Of a DNA stretch of 64,000 bases, positions 18,712 to 28,071 are shown piece after piece. A model generated the notes under the pieces. It was not told where the DNA came from. It worked only from the letters and a program-made list of their open reading frames with translations, and ran no database searches. Made by a program: the position numbers and the translations under genes. Numbering within the stretch: the stretch's first letter is position 1; the number at the start of each line of letters is the position of its first letter. The stretch lies in NCBI GenBank assembly GCA_036561585.1, contig DATBOZ010000078.1:4544-68543 (forward strand). The letters run 5' to 3'. The stretch is from Candidatus Eremiobacteraceae bacterium. GTDB lineage: Bacteria; Vulcanimicrobiota; Vulcanimicrobiia; Eremiobacterales; Eremiobacteraceae.

Positions 18712-21513
18712 TCACTTCGTCTTGACTTGGTACGTAAGCTCGAGTGTCCGGAACGGCAGGTTGAAACGCTCCGTGGTCGCCGAGCCGGTGTAAAGCGCGT
18801 AGTCGCCGTTCGCCGCACTGGCGAAGTGATTGAGCGCGTACGGATACCCTAACGCTACCATGTTCCTGTAGTCAGCGTGACTTTCGAACACGTTATTGAC
18901 GTTCACGCTCACGAGCTCGTTCGCGCCGGCCGGAGCCGACAGATCGAAGTCGGAGTATCCGTAGGCGGGTAGATTGTTCACGTTGTTCTCGGACAAGTGA
19001 TACGTGGACAGCCGCGCGTCGATTCCCTTGCCAAACGAATAGTCGAACGCGTATGAATATTTGTGAAGCGGTACATTGGGGAGCTGCGATCCCGGGATGA
19101 AGATCAGATTGCCGCCGTGAGCCGGATCGATGAGCGCGGGTTCCTGAGACTGAAGGACGGCGGACTGCGTGTCGTAGGTGTAGTCCAGCGACATTCTGCC
19201 GACGAGATGCTGCCGCCCGGTCAATTCGACGCCGCGCGCGAACGTGTGACCAATATTCAAGTTTCCGGTGAGGCCGAGCAGCGCGAGCGCCTGCTGCGAC
19301 GTGATCCCGCACGTCTGCGCGACGGCATTCGCATACGGCGACGGATCAAACCCCAGAGCCGGCACAGCCGACAACGGCACGGTCACACCATAGATCTGAT
19401 TGAAAAGGTTTGTATTGTACAGGCTGAGCTGCGCTATCGAATCGCCGCCGAAACGGTGTCCGTAGCTCACCTCCATGTCCGACGCGCGCTCCGGCTTTAG
19501 CGCCGCAGACGGAACGTTGCCGATCGAGTTAAGCGACGTGCACGAGACGCCGCCGCCGGTGAACGCACCAAGTGCGCTAGCAGCGATCGGTTGATCCAAC
19601 TCTGCCGGCGTCGGCTGCGTCGACGTCTCGCCGCCCGCAATCCGCCAGACGTCGTTCGTGTTCGACCAAACTAACGCGATCCGCGGGTCGAAGTACGACG
19701 TGTTCGTAATGGTCGAATGCTTCATCCATGCGTTCACGTAGGTGGTCAGCCTGCTGTCGGGCTTGTGATATGCGTCGCGCAAGAAAAATGCGGTGTCGTG
19801 TGTGACCGGCGCCGTGACCACTGCTGACGGAGGTGCGCCGTTGTATTGTCGATAGAGCGACGCCGTGTTTTCATAGAAGAATCCCAAACCAAGGTCGTTA
19901 GCGGGGCCGTTGAAATCATCCGAGACCGTCGCCCCGGTGTTGATGTCCTGGTCGACATGCCACGATGGGTTCGGCGTCGTGCACGGATATACCGGATTCC
20001 CGTTCGCGTCCGACTTGCATTGGTCCGGCCGGCCGAATGTTCGGTCGTAGTCGTGGAAGTAGAAGTTCGAAAAAGTATCGACCACGAAGTCGCCGGGTCC
20101 GAGCTTGGTGTCTAAGCGTACGTGATAGTCGTTGCTGTGGTACGCTTGCCAGGCCGGTCCGGCGCCTTGATAGCCGTAGTTTGCCTGCGCAAAGGACTGT
20201 GGGGTCTGGCATTGCGAGCCGCCATCTGGATTTCCGAGGCGATCCTTACCGGGTGTTCCGCCGCCGTTATTGAGGTTGACCGTGAATGCATTTGGATTTG
20301 CGATATTGCACGCGTCCGTGCCCGAAGAAATCGCGTTGGCCAGATTGGACAAGCCTGACGCTAGCTCCACTTGATAGGGAAGAAAATCGTTATCACCGTT
20401 AGCGGTCTTGTCGTCCCACTCGTTGCTGCCCAGATAGGCTGCGGTGAGATGAGTATTGCTGTTCAGATCGTAGACGAGCTTCATCAGACCGCTTTTATTG
20501 ACGAAGCTATTGTCATCTTGATAGGTGCCAAGCAAGCGAGTCGCCGGATTGGTCGCATATTGATCGAACGACGCGGATGCCTGATAGAAGACATCGTGAT
20601 TGAAGGGGCCATCGAGCCCTTGCGTGCCATAGGCGAACGCGTAGCCGAGCTTCCCATTGCCAAACGTGCCGGTGCTTTGAACCGCCGACGAGAGTTTATA
20701 GAAAGTGCCGTACGATTGGCTAAACGTCGTTTCCGGCGTCCTGGTCGGTGCAAGCGTCTCCATGTTCACGACGCCGCCAATCGCGTTCACCCCATACAGA
20801 TTGCTCCCTGAGCCATAAAAGACGTTGATCGCGCGCAATCCGAAAACCGGCGAAAGTTCATAGTTGTAGTCGCCGCGCGGGCCCATCGGATGGCCGTCGA
20901 TCATCGTGAGCGTCTCGAGGGTGCCGATACCGCGGATGTTCAGCGACACGTCGTCGCCAGGCTGCGACGGATTGCCGCCCTGGAGCCCAGGCAACTGCTG
21001 CAGGTAGTCCGCTGCGCGGAAGTAGCCCTGCTGCTGCAGCGACTGCGCCGAAACGGTGTGCGAAATCGTGGCGGCCTTTTGCAACGACTGCGAGGCGCGA
21101 ATCGTCGTGACACCGAGAATGCGGGCGCCGCTATTGCCACCCTGGGTGCGATTGATCGCGAGCGTCAAGCCGCGCAAGTCGCTTCCGTCGACGATGAAGA
21201 TCTCCGACGCGGTCGTCTCGTATCCGGCGCGGGTCGCGACGATCGAATATTCTCCGACCGCAAGCGTGGCGAACGTGAACCGGCCGTCGGCACCGGTGAC
21301 GGTGGAGGCCGCGGTCGGACCCGACGTGACGAGCTTGACGTTTGCAAGCGGTAAACCCGACGTGGAATCGACGACCGCTCCCGAAACGCTGCGCGTCGTC
21401 GCCACCGGTCCGGAGGCGGCGGGCGCAGCGGGCGCTGGGTCGGCGCCCGCAATCGCCGGCGCGGCGCTGAGAAGCAATGCGGTGATAATAATTCCGGCGA
21501 AGCTGTTGGACAT
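18712..21513 (-). CDS. TonB-dependent receptor with N-terminal carboxypeptidase-regulatory-like domain
   Basis: The ATG at 21513 lies 7 nt after GGAGG. Signal peptide MSNSFAGIIITALLLSAAPAIAG. CarboxypepD_reg-like segment (GAVVDSTSGLPLANVKLV...GEYSIVATRAGY), plug-like SLNIRGIGTLETLTMIDGHPMG and a long beta-barrel region. Confidence 0.8.
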   Translation of the reverse strand: MSNSFAGIIITALLLSAAPAIAGADPAPAAPAASGPVATTRSVSGAVVDSTSGLPLANVKLVTSGPTAASTVTGADGRFTFATLAVGEYSIVATRAGYETTASEIFIVDGSDLRGLTLAINRTQGGNSGARILGVTTIRASQSLQKAATISHTVSAQSLQQQGYFRAADYLQQLPGLQGGNPSQPGDDVSLNIRGIGTLETLTMIDGHPMGPRGDYNYELSPVFGLRAINVFYGSGSNLYGVNAIGGVVNMETLAPTRTPETTFSQSYGTFYKLSSAVQSTGTFGNGKLGYAFAYGTQGLDGPFNHDVFYQASASFDQYATNPATRLLGTYQDDNSFVNKSGLMKLVYDLNSNTHLTAAYLGSNEWDDKTANGDNDFLPYQVELASGLSNLANAISSGTDACNIANPNAFTVNLNNGGGTPGKDRLGNPDGGSQCQTPQSFAQANYGYQGAGPAWQAYHSNDYHVRLDTKLGPGDFVVDTFSNFYFHDYDRTFGRPDQCKSDANGNPVYPCTTPNPSWHVDQDINTGATVSDDFNGPANDLGLGFFYENTASLYRQYNGAPPSAVVTAPVTHDTAFFLRDAYHKPDSRLTTYVNAWMKHSTITNTSYFDPRIALVWSNTNDVWRIAGGETSTQPTPAELDQPIAASALGAFTGGGVSCTSLNSIGNVPSAALKPERASDMEVSYGHRFGGDSIAQLSLYNTNLFNQIYGVTVPLSAVPALGFDPSPYANAVAQTCGITSQQALALLGLTGNLNIGHTFARGVELTGRQHLVGRMSLDYTYDTQSAVLQSQEPALIDPAHGGNLIFIPGSQLPNVPLHKYSYAFDYSFGKGIDARLSTYHLSENNVNNLPAYGYSDFDLSAPAGANELVSVNVNNVFESHADYRNMVALGYPYALNHFASAANGDYALYTGSATTERFNLPFRTLELTYQVKTK

Positions 21514-21518
21514 GACGA

Positions 21519-21564
21519 GGCCTCCATTCAAACTCCGAATGATCTACGTTTGAGTATGGAGGCC
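21519..21564 (-). promoter_or_regulatory. Anti-SD/SD hairpin in the 5' leader of the TonB-dependent receptor gene
   Basis: Minus strand: GGCCTCCAT-AC-TCAAAC-(14-nt loop)-GTTTGA-ATGGAGGCC, followed by TCGTC-ATG. The stem is 9+6 bp and buries the GGAGG Shine-Dalgarno. Confidence 0.55.
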
Positions 21565-21617
21565 TATGGTTAAGCGGCTATCATCGTCTCATTAAGACGG
21601 GTTAAGGACGCTGCTCG

Positions 21618-22598
21618 TCAGGGCGTGATCTGAAAGCCCTGAACGTAGTCGCCGTCTTTTGCAGCCCACGCCGTCCAGATGCAGCCGGTCTTGGTGTCAA
21701 ACGTGAGCGTGTGCACGTCCGGGTCGATTTTTCGCTCTCCGATGAGGCTCACGCCCGCTGCACCGCCGTCGTGGAAGACGGTGATATAGCTGTCGCCGGC
21801 GCAGGCGACATTGTGGCGCACGGGGTCGTCCATGCACTGGTCCGAGCGGCGTCCGAATTTCACGCTGCTCACGTGGGTTCCGTTCAAGTCGTACACCGAG
21901 AGCACGCCGTTTCTGCCGGCGATGTAGACGTGACCACGCTCGCCGTCGAGCGCAAGGCCGTGGTTGCTGACGATTTCCGGAGTCTTGACAGTCTGCACGA
22001 CGCGGAGCGTGTCCGGGTTGACGACGACGAACTCGGAGATGTTCGCGATGTTCTGATAGAGGTTGTGCGTGCGAGGATCTATGGCCATATATTCAGGCTT
22101 ATGGCCAGGCAGCGCGACCGTGCCGACCAGCTTCATCGTTCGCGAATCGACCACAAAGATACGGGTGCCGTCGTCTTCGTCCGCATAGATATGATGATAT
22201 TTGGCGTCGTAGACCACCGCGTCGAGAAGGCCCGTCACGGCGACGCTCGGCCCGACGCTCATGCCCGACGGATCGACGTCGACCACCATGCGTTTTTCGC
22301 TATCGCCCGTGTAGACATGGCCGTTGTCGGGATTGACGGCGACACCGTGCAGCAACCCGACGTCCACCTGTCCGAGCACGGCGCCGGTATCCGCGTTGAC
22401 GACGGTCAGTGCGCCGCTGCCGGAATGTGCGGCGTAGATCCTGCGACGGTCCACGTCCGCGCCAAGGTAGTCGAAGCCGCTTTCGATGATGACTTTTTGC
22501 GGCGGAAATGCAGGAACGATCGCCACTTTCGCCTCCTTTGGAGAAATCGCGCCAGAGTTCGAGTACGGTGCGACCATTCGCCGCGCCGACGCGTTCAT
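21618..22598 (-). CDS. YVTN/YncE-like beta-propeller repeat protein
   Basis: About 40-residue repeats (HVYTGDSEKRMVVDVD, HIYADEDDGTRIFVVDSRT, NLYQNIANISEFVVVNPDT, HVYIAGRNGVLSVYDL). The exact start is uncertain. Confidence 0.65.
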   Translation of the reverse strand: MNASARRMVAPYSNSGAISPKEAKVAIVPAFPPQKVIIESGFDYLGADVDRRRIYAAHSGSGALTVVNADTGAVLGQVDVGLLHGVAVNPDNGHVYTGDSEKRMVVDVDPSGMSVGPSVAVTGLLDAVVYDAKYHHIYADEDDGTRIFVVDSRTMKLVGTVALPGHKPEYMAIDPRTHNLYQNIANISEFVVVNPDTLRVVQTVKTPEIVSNHGLALDGERGHVYIAGRNGVLSVYDLNGTHVSSVKFGRRSDQCMDDPVRHNVACAGDSYITVFHDGGAAGVSLIGERKIDPDVHTLTFDTKTGCIWTAWAAKDGDYVQGFQITP

Positions 22599-22653
22599 AC
22601 CCGCAGGGTTAAGAAGAGTTAATCTTCGTAACGGTGGCCGCGCGAGACGACGA

Positions 22654-23115
22654 CTACAGCGGAAATTCCATCTCGTCGGATGGCTCGAATCCCATCGCCG
22701 CGTACACGTGACGGCCCATCGCAGACGATCGCAATCGCACCACGACGCAGCCGTTCGCGCGTGCCCAGTCGATGCACATCTGTGTCAGCGCCGTCCCCAC
22801 GCCGAGTCTTCGCAGTTCCGGATCGACGTAGACGTTGCTGACGTACGCCGAGAGTTGTTTGAAGATCTCGCTTCGATGATTCACGAGTTTGTAGACCGAG
22901 GCCAGAGCGCACAGCACGCCATTGCGCTCGGCGACAAACGTCGCCGACGTTCCCGATGCGAGGCGGGTGCGATAGAATTCGACAAAGCGGTCGCGCATGT
23001 GCGGATCGAGTGCGGTGGTGTCGCCGCCTTGGATTTCGCGCGTCATGCGTTCGCGCAACGCCGCCGCAAGCCCGAGCTCGTCCGGCCGAATCGGCCTCAT
23101 CACGATGTCGGTCAT
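22654..23115 (-). CDS. GNAT family N-acetyltransferase
   Basis: 153 aa. Motif A YVDPELRRLGVGTAL. Confidence 0.75.
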   Translation of the reverse strand: MTDIVMRPIRPDELGLAAALRERMTREIQGGDTTALDPHMRDRFVEFYRTRLASGTSATFVAERNGVLCALASVYKLVNHRSEIFKQLSAYVSNVYVDPELRRLGVGTALTQMCIDWARANGCVVVRLRSSAMGRHVYAAMGFEPSDEMEFPL

Positions 23116-23136
23116 GCGGCCGCCTTTGACCCTTTA

Positions 23137-23232
23137 TAGTGCCGACCTTTGTAGTGCCGACCTTTACGGTCGGCCGGCCGATGATAAACATCGGCACGAC
23201 ATGGTCGGCCGGCCGATGACGATTATCGGCAC
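23137..23232. repeat. Expanded cluster of REP-like hairpins and half-units in a divergent promoter region
   Basis: In order: TAGTGCCGACCTTTG (half), TAGTGCCGACC-TTTAC-GGTCGGCC, GGCCGATG-ATAAA-CATCGGCAC, GACATGGTCGGCC (half), GGCCGATGACGATTATCGGCAC. Confidence 0.85.
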
Positions 23233-23291
23233 GACACTCCTCCGGACGCCGCGGAAGGGCACGCCGCAACGCTCAAGTAACTTCAATTGCC

Positions 23292-26200
23292 ATGATGACG
23301 AATACGCTCCGTCGCACCGCAGTTTGTGCGTGCGCCGCTATCGCTATTTCCGCTTGGATCGGCGTCGGCGCAGCGGCCGCGCCGGTCGCATCCGCCGGAA
23401 TCGTCGATCCGAGTCTTTTCGCCGACCTGCATTGGCGGCTCATCGGTCCGTTCCGCGGAGGCCGCGCGCTCGCCGTGACCGGCGTGCCGGGCAATCCGAC
23501 GCAGTTCTATTTCGGCGCGGTGGCCGGCGGCGTGTGGAGCACGAACGATGCCGGCCGAACCTGGAAACCGATTTTCGACAATCAGTCGATCGCGTCGATC
23601 GGTGCCATCGCGCTTGCGCCGTCCGATCCGCGCATCATCTACGTCGGCACCGGCGAGGCCGACATGCGCTCTGACATCACCTACGGCGACGGCGTCTATA
23701 AGTCGATGGACGCGGGCGCGACGTGGCAGCACGTCGGTCTGCGCGATACGAGGCAGATCGGACGGATCATCGTCGACCCGACCAATCCAAACGTCGCGCT
23801 CGTCGCCGCGCTCGGCCACGCGTACGGACCGAACGAAGACCGCGGCGTCTTCCGCACGACCGACGGCGGCACGACGTGGCAGAAGGTGCTTTACAAAGAT
23901 GCGAATACCGGCGCGATCGACCTCGCCTACGACGCGAGCGACCCGCATACGGTTTTTGCAGCGCTTTGGCAGACGCGCAGGCCGCCGTGGAGCGTTTATC
24001 CGCCCTCAAGCGGCCCAGGCACGGGGCTCTACGTCTCGCATGACGGCGGCAGCACGTGGCAACAAATCTCTGGACACGGCTTCCCCAGCGCGGGCCTCGG
24101 AAGAATCGGTCTCTCGACGACGCCAGGCGATCCTAAGCGGGTGTATGCGATCGTCGATGCGACCGCCGGCGGGCTGTACCGCTCCGACGACGGCGGCGCG
24201 AACTGGCGCCTGCAAAACGCAGACCGTCGCCTCTGGGGACGCGGCTGGTACTTCTGCAAATTGGCAGCTGATCCGAAGAACGCCGACACGATCTACGTCT
24301 CGGATACGGCGTTCTATCGTTCGACGGATGGCGGCGCTCATTTCACTGCGATCAAAGGGTCGCCGGACGGAGACGACTTCCATCAACCGTGGATCGACCC
24401 GACCGATTCGAACCGCATCATACTCGGCAGCGATCAAGGCGCGAGCATCTCGCTGAACGGCGGTGCGACCTGGAGTTCGTGGTTCAATCAACCGACTGGC
24501 CAGTTCTACCACGTCGCCACGGACGACCGCTATCCGTTCGACCTCTTTGGCGCGCAGCAAGACAACGGATCTGCCCTTGCCGCATCGCAATCCGACGCGC
24601 TCGGACTCACCATGTTCGACTGGACGGCGATCGTCGCAGGCGGCGAGAGCGGCTCGATCGCACCCGACCCGTTGCATCAAGATGTCGTCTTCGGCGACAA
24701 CGTCACCAAAGAGACGCTCAGCAACCATCAGCTTCAGTCGCTCGATCCGACCATCACCTATCCAACGCTATTTCGGAGCGAATGGACCTTGCCGCTCGTC
24801 TTTTCACAGACCGATCCGCGGGTGCTGTACTACGGCCGGCAAGTCATCTTCCGCTCCGCCGACGGCGGCGCGACATGGCGCGCGATCAGCCCGGACTTGA
24901 CGCGGCCCAACCCCGGCGTTCCGGCTTCGCTCGATCCTCCGACCGCCGCCGACAATCTCGGCATCGGACCGCGGCGCGGCGTGGTCTACACCATCGCCCC
25001 GTCGCCGATCAAAGGCCGTGAGATCTGGGCCGGCACCGACGACGGCAAGATCTGGCTCACGAACGACGAGGGCGCGCACTGGCGAGACGTTACGCCGGCT
25101 GCGCTTGGCCCATGGAGCAAGGTGGGCATCATCGAGGCGTCGGCTTTCGACGCGTCGACCGCCTATGTTGCGGTGGACCGCCACCGGCTCGATGATGTGC
25201 GCCCGTATATCTATCGCACGCGTGACGGCGGCAAATCGTGGACCTTCATCGCGAACGGCATTCCCGCCGGTGCGTTTGTGAATGCGGTGCGCGAAGACCC
25301 CGCCCGGCCGCATTTGCTCTACGCGGGGACGGAGCTCGGCGTGTATGTGTCATTCACCGACGGCGCCGCGTGGCAGCCGCTGCAACTCAACCTTCCGGTG
25401 ACGCCCGTGCGGGATCTTGCGATTCGGCGCGGATCGCTCGCGATCGCCACGCATGGCCGCGGTTTTTGGGTGCTCGACGATCTATCGCCGCTATATCAAT
25501 TGTCGCCGCGCACGGCCGCCGGTCGAACTCGCTTGTTCGCTCCGGAGACTGCGATCCGCGTACGACCACACGGCGATCCAGCGGAGCGTCTGCCGCCGGA
25601 GGAACCGGCCGGGCAGAACCGGCCGGTGGGCGCATATATCGATTACTTCATCGGATCGAGCGCGCAGTCCACGCCGGTCACGCTCCAAGTCTGCGATGCC
25701 ACCGGATCGGTCGTTCGGCGCTACTCGAGCAGCGATCGAGCGAAGTCCGTGTCCGCAGACTCACTGGACTTCCCATCGTTCTGGGCGAATCCGATGCAGC
25801 CGCCTCAGGCCACACCGGGAATGCACCGATACCTGTGGGATTTCGCCTACGCCGCGCCTGCGATCTTGGGCGACCCGCCGTTCGGACCTGGGGGTGACGA
25901 CGGAGTTCTCGCGCCGCCCGGCCGGTATACCGTGCAGCTCATGGCCGCCGGCCGGACCTATTCGCAGCCGCTCAACGTCATTGCCGATCCGCGCGTTAAG
26001 GTCTCCGGCGCTGATCTTGCCTTGCAGTTCCGGCTCGCGCGCGAGATCGAATCGCTCCGCGTCCTGGTCGCGCAGACAGCGGCCCGGGCGAAAGCGCTTC
26101 GCACGGGTTTGTCGCCGACCGACGCAAAGCGGCACAAGCTCGACGCGATCATCGGAGGCCCGCAACCTGGCTCGCCCGACAATTCTCTTGGGCTGCCGTC

Positions 26201-26357
26201 GGAGGATTTTTCGAGTCTGTGGTATCTCGACGGCGCCTTGCAGAATCTGACCGGGCTCGTGGAAAGCGCCGATACGGCGCCGACACCGGACGAAGTCAAG
26301 GCCTTCGAGATGTACCAGGCGGGCTATCGCGCCGCAGCCGCGCGGGTTCGGATGTAG
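23292..26357 (+). CDS. VPS10/sortilin-like BNR (Asp-box) repeat protein, paralog 2 (most divergent)
   Basis: 1021 aa. Signal peptide, then WRLIGPFRGGRALAVTGVPGN...AGGVWSTNDAGRTWKP and multiple Asp-boxes. Collinear with paralogs 1 and 3. Confidence 0.8.
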   Translation: MMTNTLRRTAVCACAAIAISAWIGVGAAAAPVASAGIVDPSLFADLHWRLIGPFRGGRALAVTGVPGNPTQFYFGAVAGGVWSTNDAGRTWKPIFDNQSIASIGAIALAPSDPRIIYVGTGEADMRSDITYGDGVYKSMDAGATWQHVGLRDTRQIGRIIVDPTNPNVALVAALGHAYGPNEDRGVFRTTDGGTTWQKVLYKDANTGAIDLAYDASDPHTVFAALWQTRRPPWSVYPPSSGPGTGLYVSHDGGSTWQQISGHGFPSAGLGRIGLSTTPGDPKRVYAIVDATAGGLYRSDDGGANWRLQNADRRLWGRGWYFCKLAADPKNADTIYVSDTAFYRSTDGGAHFTAIKGSPDGDDFHQPWIDPTDSNRIILGSDQGASISLNGGATWSSWFNQPTGQFYHVATDDRYPFDLFGAQQDNGSALAASQSDALGLTMFDWTAIVAGGESGSIAPDPLHQDVVFGDNVTKETLSNHQLQSLDPTITYPTLFRSEWTLPLVFSQTDPRVLYYGRQVIFRSADGGATWRAISPDLTRPNPGVPASLDPPTAADNLGIGPRRGVVYTIAPSPIKGREIWAGTDDGKIWLTNDEGAHWRDVTPAALGPWSKVGIIEASAFDASTAYVAVDRHRLDDVRPYIYRTRDGGKSWTFIANGIPAGAFVNAVREDPARPHLLYAGTELGVYVSFTDGAAWQPLQLNLPVTPVRDLAIRRGSLAIATHGRGFWVLDDLSPLYQLSPRTAAGRTRLFAPETAIRVRPHGDPAERLPPEEPAGQNRPVGAYIDYFIGSSAQSTPVTLQVCDATGSVVRRYSSSDRAKSVSADSLDFPSFWANPMQPPQATPGMHRYLWDFAYAAPAILGDPPFGPGGDDGVLAPPGRYTVQLMAAGRTYSQPLNVIADPRVKVSGADLALQFRLAREIESLRVLVAQTAARAKALRTGLSPTDAKRHKLDAIIGGPQPGSPDNSLGLPSEDFSSLWYLDGALQNLTGLVESADTAPTPDEVKAFEMYQAGYRAAAARVRM

Positions 26358-26473
26358 GGGCCGACCTTTACGGTCGGCCCGACGAGCATCGATCGGCTCC
26401 TGTAAGAAAAAGGCCGACCATAAAAGTCGGCCCCTACATTAAAACGAGGCCGACCATAAAAGTCGGCCCCACA
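26353..26473. repeat. Densest REP-like cluster (three hairpin units) between convergent genes
   Basis: TGTAGGGGCCGACC-TTTAC-GGTCGGCCC, then two units of GGCCGAC-CATAAAA-GTCGGCC with CCCTACATTAAAACGA as linker. The first unit overlaps the TAG stop of the upstream gene. Confidence 0.9.
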
Positions 26474-26481
26474 TTATTAGG

Positions 26482-27960
26482 TTAGTCGTGTTCGATCGAT
26501 GCCTTCGACGCCTTCTTCGACTTCGGCGGCAGCGGGCGCCAATGATGGATGAATCGCGGATTCAGATGCGCGACATCGAACGCCGCCGTCACCTGCGGTC
26601 CGAATTTCGGAATCATGAGGCCGCCGCTCGGCGCATACATCGCTTCGTCGAAAACGCCGCCCGCCGGCGCATTGGCGACCGCGAATACGCTCCACGCGTT
26701 CGTGCCGATGAACGTCGTCGAGATGTAGTCTCCGACCATGAGCCCGTTCTGGCTTTGCGGGAGCCAGTTCAAGTTCATGGGTCCCGCGAGCACGATCGCC
26801 GGATTCCAACTCGTGCCGCCATCATGCGATGAGATGAATCCAACGCCGAGCTGACAGGTCGACGTGTTGCAATTGACGTTCGAGAAGAAATAGAACGTCA
26901 CGCCGATATTGGCGGTCGAACCGGCCGTGCCGGGCTGGATGCCGAAACCGGGATCGAAGTGGTCGACGGAGGAGGTTTCCGCATCGATCGGCACGCGCGC
27001 GACCTGCGTCCAATTCACGCCATCCGTCGACGACGTGTAGACGATGTCATTCGAGCTGCAATTGTTGCGGAACCGGCAATCTTCCCATGCGACGTAGATC
27101 CGTCCGGAAGCGTCCATCGACGCCGATGGGATCGGGCTCGCGCGAACGCCGCCGGGATCGCCGTTCCAAAACACCGTCGCGACGTTCACGGCGCCGGTCC
27201 ACGACTGGCCGCCGTTGGTGGATTGAAACGCGATGATGCCGTTACCGCCCTCGATCGGCACGATGACCGTGCCGTTGGGTTGGACCAATGGCTGACCGCC
27301 AAGGCCGGCGTCACCATTCGCGGTCGTGACTGCATGCGACCATGTGGCGCCACCGTTGTGCGATGTGCTCATCATGATGAGGTCGCCGCCGAAAGGTTCA
27401 TCCCACTCGGCGTAGCAGTTGCCATAGTACGGACTGGTCGGCGTGTCGTCGCAGGTGACCCAATTCTTGTCCGTCGATTGCGTTCGCGGCGCGATGCCGA
27501 CCGGCTTCAGCCAATGGACGCCGTCCGTCGATCTGCTGATGAGCACTGCCGGATACGACGGCCGCGTGTTGGATATCGGCAGCGTTGCCACGAGCCAAAC
27601 GCCATGCTTCACGTCGTAGGCGGCCGCCGGATCGCTCACCGCGTCGTACTTGTTCGCCGGATTCTCCGCCTTCGTGATGCCCGGCAAGAAACCGTGCTTC
27701 CAGGTGACGCCCGCGTCTTGCGATGTCGCCCAGCCGATGTCTGCGCCGCCACCGCCGTACACGCGGCCCGTCTGGAATACGCTGACAATCGTGTTGCCGT
27801 AGGCGGCCGTATCCGGTTCTACTTCGGTCTTGTGCTGGCTCGCGGAATTGTGGAATGGATCATGGCTTACTTTGATGAGGGCCGGCGCGGCCGATGCCGG
27901 CGCGACCATGACGATAAACACCGCACACGCGGCGAAAAAGCCGATCGTTTTCAGATACAC
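26482..27960 (-). CDS. Sialidase-like BNR/Asp-box repeat protein (exo-alpha-sialidase superfamily)
   Basis: I chose the GTG start after AGGAG, giving signal peptide (M)YLKTIGFFAACAVFIVMVAPASA. Six Asp-boxes: SQDAGVTWKH, STDGVHWLK, SHNGGATWSH, STNGGQSWTG, STDGVNWTQ, SHDGGTSWNP. Confidence 0.75.
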   Translation of the reverse strand: MYLKTIGFFAACAVFIVMVAPASAAPALIKVSHDPFHNSASQHKTEVEPDTAAYGNTIVSVFQTGRVYGGGGADIGWATSQDAGVTWKHGFLPGITKAENPANKYDAVSDPAAAYDVKHGVWLVATLPISNTRPSYPAVLISRSTDGVHWLKPVGIAPRTQSTDKNWVTCDDTPTSPYYGNCYAEWDEPFGGDLIMMSTSHNGGATWSHAVTTANGDAGLGGQPLVQPNGTVIVPIEGGNGIIAFQSTNGGQSWTGAVNVATVFWNGDPGGVRASPIPSASMDASGRIYVAWEDCRFRNNCSSNDIVYTSSTDGVNWTQVARVPIDAETSSVDHFDPGFGIQPGTAGSTANIGVTFYFFSNVNCNTSTCQLGVGFISSHDGGTSWNPAIVLAGPMNLNWLPQSQNGLMVGDYISTTFIGTNAWSVFAVANAPAGGVFDEAMYAPSGGLMIPKFGPQVTAAFDVAHLNPRFIHHWRPLPPKSKKASKASIEHD

Positions 27961-28071
27961 GCTGAAGTCGCTCCTCTTTCCAAGCACTGGATTCAGACGT
28001 GGTACGTTTGCGAGACGAAGGTTCCCTTCGCTCGCGCAAGTGGAGGCGACTTACGGCACGGGCCGATGGGT

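Noticed and set aside
21565-21617. Fur box upstream of the TonB-dependent receptor (TTAATGAGACGATGATAGC).
   Set aside because: Only the TAATGA core matches the GATAATGATAATCATTATC consensus. The remainder does not align.
26353-26473. Possible CRISPR array, because of regularly recurring ~20-nt repeats here and at 23137-23232.
   Set aside because: The repeats are self-complementary hairpins. The spacers are short (about 3-30 nt), irregular and themselves repeated. There are at most 3-5 units and no cas genes. This fits REP/BIME-type elements.
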